Origin: the human T2T-CHM13v2.0 reference genome, Homo sapiens
DNA length: 64,000 nucleotides
Reading direction: 5' to 3' (one strand)
NCBI RefSeq assembly: GCF_009914755.1
Contig: NC_060928.1
Shown here one piece after another: positions 54,621 to 64,000 of the stretch. A program made the translations under genes and the position numbers. A model generated the notes under the pieces. It was not told where the DNA came from. It did no database searches and worked only from the letters and a program-made list of their open reading frames with translations. The stretch's first letter is position 1. Each line of letters starts with the position of its first letter.

Positions 54621-55472
54621 CATGCATGCAAATGTTATTTTCCCTCTAAATGTTGCTTGAAGATCTCTAAGGGCCCTCTTGAATTTCTTAAAGGCTACTA
54701 AGTAGAAGGTATGGTGCAGGGGGAGGGTTCTGAAGACTTCAATCCAAAAAAGCTCCTCTTATGTTTTCATACAACAGGTTTCTGCTGAAGATTTCTTTTG
54801 AAGAGCACTCTGTTTCAGAAAAATAGAGTTTGAAAATTCTGACATCCAGATTTTCTCCCAGCTTTAAGGTGTCTTTAAGGCTGATTGAAGACTTACTGCG
54901 TGCTACCTTCTTCAACAGGCATTAATGTTTCTGATATGGCTGTCCCTACCTCATTCTTAAAGCCATCAACCTCACGTAGGGAAAAAAGAAAGAGAGTGTG
55001 ACTGCTGGGACTGCCTACACAAAGAAGGGGGTGCTTCTGGTTAAGAGAATCCAAAAGAGATTCAGAGTGGAGGTGACATTACAATTTCTCGTTATTATTA
55101 ATAATAAATGACTAATATCATGCAGGGCTTGCTATGTTGCAGACATGGGCTTGATGCTACGTGAATCAGCATGTGTCATTTTTCAAAAACTGAATTGCTG
55201 TCCCCACTTTAAGAGTTAAAAAAGGGAAACACTAATTCTCCAAGCAGTGAAAACAGTATTTGAACTAGGTCACTGGCTCTGAGTGAGGTTTCTTTTGGAG
55301 GGGTTGGGGAGGGAGAGGGCTGGCTAGAGTATTTGCTTTTTAATTGTTAATTTTTGTGAGTATTGCTGGATCATATGCTAGCTCTATTTTTAGTTTTTTG
55401 AGGAACCTCTAAACTGTTCTCCATAAGTGGTTGTATTAGGCCATTCTTGCACTGTTATAAAGAAATACTTGA

Positions 55473-55772
55473 GACCAAGTGTGCTGGCTCACGCCTGTAA
55501 TAGCACTTTGGGAGGCCAAGGCAGGTGAATCATGAGGTCAGGAGTTCGAGACCAGCCTGGCCAACATGGTAAAACCCTGTCTCTACTCAAAATACAAAAA
55601 ACAAAAAAAAAAATTAGCTGGGTATAGTGGCGGGTGCCTGTAATCCCAGCTACTCAGGAGACTGAGGCAGGAGAATGGCTTGAACCCAGGAGGCAGAGGT
55701 TGCAGTGAGCTGAGGTCTTCCACTGCACTACAACCCGGGCAACAGAGTGATACTCTGTCTCAAAAAAAAAAA
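55473..55772 (+). mobile_element. AluS (Sg-like) in the MSTA LTR
   Basis: ATCATGAGGTCAGGAGTTCGAGACCAGCCTGGCCAACATGG; TSD AAATACTTGA. Confidence 0.88.
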
Positions 55773-56254
55773 AAATACTTGAGACTGGATAATTAATACA
55801 AAAAGAGATTTAGTTGGCTCACAGTTCAGCTGGCTGTACAGGAGGCATAGTGGCATCTGCTTCTGGGGAGGCCTCAGGAAATTTTCAATCATGATAGAAG
55901 GCAAAGGGGGAGAAGGCACACCACATGGCAAGAATGGGAGCAAGGTGGGTGGGGGTTGGGGAGATGCCATAAAATTTTACATAACCAGATCTCATGAGAA
56001 CTCACTATTATGAAGATAGCACCAAACTATGAGGTATCCAACCCAATGATCCAAACACTTCCCAAAAAGCCCTGCCTTCAGCATTGGGGATTACAATTCA
56101 ACATGAGACTTGTGTGGGAAGAAATACACAAACCGTATCATTCTGTCCTCGGCCCCTCTCAAATCTCATGTCCTTTTCTCATTGCAAAATACAACCATGC
56201 CTTCTCAAGAGTTCTCCAAAGTCTTGACTTGTCCCAGCATTAGAAGTCCAAAGC

Positions 56255-57490
56255 CTAGCCACATGAAGAAAACTGAAACTGGACCCCTTCCTTATACCTT
56301 ATAGAAAAATTAACTCAAGATGGATTAAAGACTTAAACATAAGACCTAAAACCAAAAACCCTAGAAGAAAACTTAGTCATTACTATTCAGGATATAGTCA
56401 CGGGTAAAGACTTCATGACTAAAACACCAAAAGCAATGTCAACAAAAGTCAAAATTGACAAAGGGGATCTATTTAAACTAAAGAGCTTCTGCACAGCAAA
56501 AGAAACTATCAGCAGAGGGAACAGGCAACCTACAGAATGGGAGAAAATTTTTGCAATTTATCCATCTGACAAAAGGCTAATATCCAGAATCTACAACACA
56601 CTTAAACAAATTTACAAGAAAAAAACAAACAACCCCGTCAAAAAGTGGGTGACTGATATGAACAGGGACTTCTCAAAAGAAGACATTTATGCAGCCAACA
56701 AATATATGAAAAAAAGCTCATCATCACTGGTCATTAGAGAAATGCAAATCAAAACCACAATGAGATACCATCTCATGTCAGTTAGAATAGTGATCATTAA
56801 AAAGTCAGGAAACAACAGATGTTGGAGAGGATGTAGAGAAATAGAATGCTTTTACACTGGCAGTGAGAACGTAAATTAGTTCAACCATTGTGGAAGACAG
56901 TGTGGAGATTCCTCAAGAATCTAGAGCCAGAAATACCATTTGACCCAGCAATCCCACTACTGGGTATATATGCAAAAGATTATAAATCATTCTACTATAA
57001 AGACACATGCACATGTATGTTTATTGCACCACTATTCACAATAGCGAAGACTTTGAACCAACCCAAATACCCATCAATGATAGCCTGGATAAAGAAAATG
57101 TGGCACATATACACCATGGAATACTATGCAGGCATAAAAAAGGATGAGTTCATGTCCTTTGCAGGGACATGGATGAAGCTGGAAACCATCATTCTCAGCA
57201 AACTAACACAAGAACAGAAAACCAAACACTGCATGTTCTCACTCATAAGTGGGAGTTGAACAATGAGACCACAGACACAGGGAGGGGAATATCACAAACT
57301 GGGGCCTATCAGGGAGTGGGGGGACTGGAGGAGGGATAGCATTAGGAGAGATACGTAATGTAGATGATGAGTCGATGGGTGCAGCAAACTACCATGACAC
57401 ATGTATACCTATGTAAGAAACCAGCACATTCTGCACATGTATCCCTGAACTTAAAATATATATATATATATATATATACACATACATATA
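56255..57490 (+). mobile_element. 5'-truncated L1PA7/8-like element in the MSTA internal region
   Basis: ORF2 C-terminal fragments 56415-57259; 3'UTR TAATGTAGATGA..GCAGCAAAC.ACCATG..TATACCTATG; tail turned into (TA)n; MST-int resumes AAAGTCTCATCTGAGACAAGGC. Confidence 0.88.
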
Positions 57491-60400
57491 AAGTAAAAAA
57501 GTCTCATCTGAGACAAGGCATATTCCTTTTACCTATGAGCCTATAATACCAAAACCAAGTTGTTTACTTCCAAGATACAATGGGGATATAGGCATTGGGT
57601 AACCATTTCTATTCTTAAAGGGAAAAATCTACCAGAAGAAAGGGGTTACAGGCCCCATGCAAGTTCAAAACCCAGCAGGGCAGTCATCAAATCTTAAAGC
57701 TCCAAAATAATCTCCTTTGACTTCATGTTCCACATCCAGAACACACTGTTGCAAGAATTGGGCTCCCAAGGCCTTGGATAGGTTCACCCCTATGGCTTTG
57801 CAGGGTTCAGCCCCTTAGGCTGCCCTAAAATGTTGTTGAATGCCTGTGACTTTTCTAGGGACAGAGTGCAAGCTATTCGTGGAACTATTATTTTTGGGTC
57901 TGGAGGGTGGTGGCCCCTTTCTCACAGCTCCACTAGACAATGCGCCAGTGGGGATTCCATGTGGAGTGTCAAACCCCACATTTCTTCTCTGTACTACCCT
58001 AGTACACGTTCTCTGTGTAAGCTCTGCCCCTGCAGCAAGCTTCTGCCTGGGCTACCAGGCTTTTCCATACATGTTCTGAAATCTAGGTGGAGGCTTCCAA
58101 GCCTCAATTATTCTTGTGCTTTGTGAACCTGCAGGTTTAAATACACATAGAAGCTGCCAAGGTTTGTGCTTTCCAGAGCAGTGGTGTGAGCCGTATCTGG
58201 AGCCTTTTGAGTCGAGACTGGAGCCAGAGTAGTCAGGATCTAGACATCAGTGTTCTGAGACTGTGCAGGGCAGAGGGGTTCTGGACATGGCCTACAAATC
58301 CATTCTGTCCTCCTAGGCCTCTGGGCCTTTGATGGAAGGAGCTGCTTGGAAGGTCTCTGAAATGCCTTCCAGGCCTTTTTCCCATTGTCCTGGATATTAG
58401 CTTTTGGCTCCCTTTTAGTTATGCAAATGTTTCTAGCAAGTGGTTGCTTCACAGCCTACTTGAATTTCTCTCCTGAAAAAGCTTTTTCTTTTTCTGTCAC
58501 ATGACTAGGCTGCAAATTTTTTAAAAAATTTTATGCTCTGCTTCTCTTTCAAATATAAGTTCCAATGTTAAGAAATTTCTTTGCTTCCACTCCTGAGTAT
58601 ATGTTGTAACAAAGTCCACCTCTTGAATGCATTGCTGCTTAGAAATTTATGCTGCAAGATAGGGTAAATCATGACTGGGAAGTTCAAACTTTCACAGATC
58701 CCTAGGTTGTGAACTGAATGCAGCCAAATTCTTTGCTAAGGCATAGCACACATGACCTTTGCTCCAGTTCCCAATAAGCTTCTAATTTCCATTTGACACC
58801 TCAGCAGCCTGGATTTCATCATCTATATCATTAACTGCATTTTGGTCACAATAATTCAACCAATCCTTAACAAGTTCCAAACTGTCATGCACCTTTCTGT
58901 CTTCTTCTGAGCCCTCCAAATGTTTCCAACCTCTGCCTGTTACCCAGTTCCAAACTTGCTTCCACATTTTCAGGTATCTTTATAGCAATGTTCAACTCCT
59001 CAGTACTGATTTTATGTATTAGGCCTTTCTGGCACTACTATAAAAAAAAACTTGACAGTGATAATTTATGAGAAAAAAGATTTAATTGGCTCACATTTCT
59101 GGAGGCTGCACAGAAAGCATAGTGTCATTTGCTGTTGGGGAGGCCTCAGGGAGCTTCCAATCATGACAGAAGACAAAGCAGGAGCAAGCACATCACATGG
59201 TGAGAATGGGAGCAAGAGAGAGAGAGAATGGAGGAGGAGGTTCCACACACCTTTACACAACCAAAGCTTGTGAGAACTCACTATCACAAGGACAAAATCA
59301 AACAATGAGGGATCCACCCCGATCCAAACACCTCCCACAAGGCATCACCCCAGCATGAGGGATTACAATTCAACATGAGATTTGGTTGGGGACAAATATA
59401 CACACTGTATCAGTGATCATACTAATTTGCATTCCCAGCAACAGTTGGGAACAGTGTATGAGGATTTCCTTTCATCCACCTCTTTGCCAACATTATGCAT
59501 TTTCTGTTTTTTGGAAGAAAATCCATTTTAACTGGGGTAAAAAGTATCTTATTATAGTTTTGATTTGCTTATTTCTGAAGATCAGTGGTACTGAGCACCT
59601 TTTCATATAGCTATTTGCCATTTATATGCCTTCTTTTGAGAAATGTCTATTCAGGTCTTTTTCCATTTTTAATATCAGATTATTAGATCTTTTCCTATTA
59701 AGCTTTTTTGAGCTCCTTATGTGTCCTGGTTATTAATCCCTTTTCAGATGGGTAGTTTGCAAATATTTTCTCCTATTCTGTGTGTTGTCTCTTTCACTTT
59801 GTTAATTGTTTACTTTACTTTACAGAAGCTTTGTAACTTGATATGATCCCATTAGTTCACCTTTTCTTTGCTTGTTGTGCCTGTAGGGTATTACTCAAGA
59901 AATCTTTGCACAGACCAATATTCTGGAGAGGTTTCCCTAAGGTATTCTGTTAGTAGTTTCATAGTTTGAAGTCTTAGATTTAAGTCTTTAATCCATTTTG
60001 ATTTGTCTTTTGTATATGTGAAGAGATAGGAGTCTAGTTTCATTTGTCTGCACATGGCTATCTAGTTTTTCAAGCATAATCTATTCAAGAGACTAAACAA
60101 TTCCCAAATGTATGTTCTTGACATCTTTGTCACCAAGTTCACTGTAGATGTATGGGTTTATTTCAAGGATCTCTATTCAGTTCTTTGCTCTTCATGTCTG
60201 TTTTTATGCCAGTACCATGCTGTTTTGGTTACTAGAGCTCTGAAGTATAATTTGAACTCAGGTAATGTGATTGCTTCACGTTTTTTATTTTTCTCAGGAT
60301 AGCTTTGGCCATTCTAGGCATTTTGTAATTTTATATAAATTTTAGGATTGTTTCTCCTATTTCTCTGAAGCATGCCATTGGTCTTTTGATTGGGATTGCA

Positions 60401-63400
60401 TTGGATATGTTTACTACTTTGGGTAGTGTACACATTTTAATAATATTGATTCTTCCAATCTATAAACATGGAATATCTTTCTATATTTTTGTGTCCTTTT
60501 CAATTTCTTGCATTAATGTTTTATAATTTCATTGTAGAGATCTTTCACTTCTTTAGTTATGTTTATTCCAATGTATTTTATTTTATTTGCATCTATTGTA
60601 AATAGGATTACTTTCTTGATTTCCTTTTCAGATTGTTCACCATTGACATAAAAAATGCTATGATTTTTGTTTATTTATTTTATATCTTGCAACTTTACTG
60701 AATTTGTTTATCAGTTCTAATAGTTTTCTTTTGTAGAGTCTTCAGGTTTTTCCAAACGTAAAATCATATCATCTGCAAGCAAGGATAGTTTACTTCTTTC
60801 TTTCCAATTCAGAACCCCTTTATGTCGTATTGCCTTTGGTAGGAATTCTAGGACTATAAAAAATGACAGTGGTAAAAGGCAGCATACTTACGTTGTTCCA
60901 GATCTTAAAGGAATGGCTTTCAGTTTTTCCTCATTCAGTATAATACTAGCTATGTGTCTCTCATGTATTGTTTTTATTTGTTGAGGTATATTTCTTCTAT
61001 ATCCAATTTTTTTAGGGTTTTCTTTTTAATCAGGAAGCCATGCTGATCTTTAACAAATATTTTTTCAGTATCTATTGAAATGATCATATTGTCTTTGTCC
61101 TCCATTCTTTTGATATGTTGAACTATCCTTGCACCCCTAGGATAAATCCCACTTGGTCATGATGAATGATCTTATAAATATGTTGTTGAATTTGGTTTGC
61201 TGGTATTTTCTTAAGAATATTTGCATCAGTGTTCATCACTGATATTGGCCTGTAGTTTTGTTTTTGTTCTTGTTTGTTTTCTTATTTTTAAAGAAAACAC
61301 ATCACATTTTCCTGGTTTGGGTATCAGAGTAATACTGACCTTGTAGAATGAGTTTGGATGTATTTTCCCCTTCTGTATTTCTTATAATAGTTTGAGCAGA
61401 ATTGACATTATTTCTTCTTTCAGTGTTCTTCAAAATGAAAAGTGAAGCCATCAGGTCCTTGTCCTTTCTTTGCTGGGAGACTTTTTACTATGGCTTTGAT
61501 CACATTTCTTCTCATTGGTCTGTTCAGGTTTTGGATTTCCTCATGGTTCAATCTTGGTAGGTTGTATGTGTCTAGGAATTCATCCATTTTTGTTCTAGGT
61601 TTTTCAATTTATTGGCTTATAATAGCTCATAGTAGCTTCTAATGATTCTTTGAATTTCTGTGGTATCAGCCATAATATCTTTTTTTGATCTTTTATTTTA
61701 TTTATTTGAGTCTTATCTCTTTTTACTTAGTCTAGCTAAAAGTTTGTTATCTTTATTTATCTTTTCAAAAAACTTTTTATTTTATTGATATTTTCTGTTA
61801 TTTTAAAATTTAAATTTCATTTATTTCTGCTCTTATTATTATTTTTTTCATCTACCAATTTTTGGTTTGGTTTTCTCTTGCTTTTCTAATTATTTAAGGT
61901 ACATTGTTAGCTTGTTTATTTAAAGTTTTACTACTTTTTTGGTGTAGGCACTTCTTGCTATAAACATTCCTTTCAGTATCACTTTTGCTGTATTCCATAG
62001 GTTTTGGTATGTTGTATTTCTTTATTCTTTCAAGAAAATTTTCAACTTCCATCTTAATTTTTTATTGACCCACTTTTCATTCAGGAGCATATTGTTTAAT
62101 TTTCATGTGTTTGCATAGTTTCCAAAATTTCTCACTGTACTGATTTCTAGTTTTATTATTCCACTGTGGTCAGAGAACACAATGAATATGACTTCAACTT
62201 TTTTGATTTTTTTAAAACTTATTTTGTGGCTTAATATATAATGTATCCTTGAGAGTGATCTATGTGCTAAGGAGAAGAATAGTATTCTGCATCTATTGGA
62301 TAAAATGTTCTGTAAATATCTATTAGGTCAATTTGACCTATAGTATAGATTAAGTTCCATGTTTGTCTCTTGATTTTCTGTCTGGATAATCTGCCCAATG
62401 TTGAAAGTAGGGAGTGAAAGTCTTGAACTATTATTGTATTGGAATCTATCTCTCTCCTTACCTCTAATAATATTTGCTCTATGTACTTGGGTGCTCCAGT
62501 GTTGGGTGCATATATATTTAAAATTGTTATATCCTCTTGCTGAACAGACACCTTTATAACTATATAACAACCTTCTTTGTCTCTGTTTATAGTTTTTGTC
62601 TGGAAATCTGTTTTGTCTGATATAAGTATAGGTATTTTGACCCTTTTTTGGTTTCCATTTTCATGGAATATGTATTTTCATCCTTTTATTTTCATTTTAT
62701 TTGTGTATTTATAGGTAAAACGTATATTTTATAGGCAGCAGATCATTAGGTATTTTTTTCATCTATTCCGCCACTCTCCGTCTTTTGATTGATGAGTGTA
62801 TTCCATTTATAGTCAATCTTATTGTTAATAAGTAAGGACTTACTTCGACTGTTTTGTTATTCGGTTCCTGGTTGTTTTGTGGTCTTCTCTTCCTTCTTTA
62901 ATTCCTTCCTGTCTTCCTTTTAGTTAAGGTGATTTTGTCAGGTGATATGTTTTAATTTTTTGCTTTTTACCTTTTGTGTATCTGTTATATGTTTTTGATT
63001 TGAGGTTACTATGAACCTTGCAAACAATAATGCATAGCCTATTATTTTTAACTGGTGACAGTAGTCATGACATTAACAAAGAAACAATCAAAGAGAAAAA
63101 TAATAAGCACTCTACAGTTTAACTTCATTTCCCCATTTTTTAACTTTTTGTTGTTTCTATTTCTATCTTATTTTATTGTCTGTCTTGAAAAGCTGTAATT
63201 ATTTTTGATAGGTTCATCTTTTAGTCTTTCTACTCAAGATATGAGTGGTTTACACACCACAAAAACAGTGTTATAATATTGTGTTTTTTTGTGTGTATTT
63301 ACTATTACCAGTTTTTTCGTTCCTTCAGATGATTTCTTATTGCCCATTAATGTTCTTCTCTTTCATGCTGAAGATCTCCCTTGTAGATTTTCCAAGAAGC

Positions 63401-64000
63401 ATTTCTTGTAGCACAAGTCTAATGTTGATAAAATACCTCAACTTTTGTTTGTCTGGGGAAGTATTTATTTCTCCTTCATGTCTGAAAGATATTTTTACTG
63501 AATATACTTTTCTAGTATAAAAGTTTTTCTACTTCAGCACTTTAAATATGTCGTGCCACTCTCTTCTGGCCTGTAAGTTTACCACTATAAAGTCTGCTGG
63601 AAGACATATTAGAGCTCCATTGTATGTTTTTTTTTGTTTGTTTGTTTTTTTGTTTTTCTTGTTGCTTTGAGGATCCTTTCTTTATCATTGACCTTTGGCA
63701 GTTTGATTATTAAATGCCTTGAGGTAGGCTTATTGCAGTAAAATTGGCTTGGTGTTCTGCAACCCTCTTGTACTTGGATATTGATATCTTCTGTAGGTTT
63801 GAGATGTTCTCTGTTATGCCTTTGAATAAGCTTTCTATTCCAATCTGTCTGTCTTCCTTCTTTTTAAGGCCAATAACGCTTAGATTTTCTTTCTTGAGGC
63901 TATTCTCTAGGCTTTGAAGAGATGCTTGTTTTTCACTCTTTTTCTCTTTTGTCTCCTCTCAGTAAATTCTCAGATAGCCTGTCTTTAAGCTCACTAATTC

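Larger units (their letters stand above)
55432..59412 (-). mobile_element. Complete MSTA-type MaLR (LTR 55432-56140, internal region, LTR 59015-59412)
   Basis: Two LTRs TGTATTAGGCC...GTATCA; TSD GTGGT/GTGAT. Confidence 0.9.
55335..64000 (-). mobile_element. Old L1 (L1MA-type), antisense, interrupted by MSTA; continues beyond the window
   Basis: 55335-55431 joins 59418 onward; endonuclease remnant 62267-62551 ([21 protein letters not shown]...DF); heavily diverged ORF2 and ORF1-side sequence. Confidence 0.88.

Noticed and set aside
56415-57259. 154-aa and 123-aa ORFs
   Set aside because: Frameshifted ORF2 C-terminus of a 5'-truncated L1

Overview
Primate (human-like) non-coding genomic DNA, AT-rich and dominated by transposable elements; AluY, L1PA4, LTR7 and LTR17 point to a hominoid/catarrhine genome. 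I find no cellular protein-coding exon, RNA gene or CRISPR array. The long ORFs in the track are fragments of a disrupted LINE-1 or ERV remnants. Main content: (1) a 12-kb ERV nest in which a MER4-group provirus is interrupted by an LTR10 solo LTR, a complete HERV-IP10(FH)-like provirus with AP-1-repeat LTR10s (itself carrying an AluY) and a second MER4-type LTR; (2) two ancient ERV-L pol fossils; (3) THE1/MST/MLT1 MaLR elements, several nested; (4) an LTR17 + LTR7 + near-full-length L1PA4 cluster at 37.7-46.1 kb; (5) an old antisense L1MA interrupted by a full MSTA element. I cannot support a new biological system. The best leads are regulatory: LTR10 AP-1 VNTRs that differ between cognate LTRs, a YY1-less L1 promoter beside a YY1/ETS LTR17 array, a TGACA motif cluster and a minus-strand recursive-splice-like site. 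Repeat subfamily names come from recalled consensus sequences and need RepeatMasker/Dfam confirmation.
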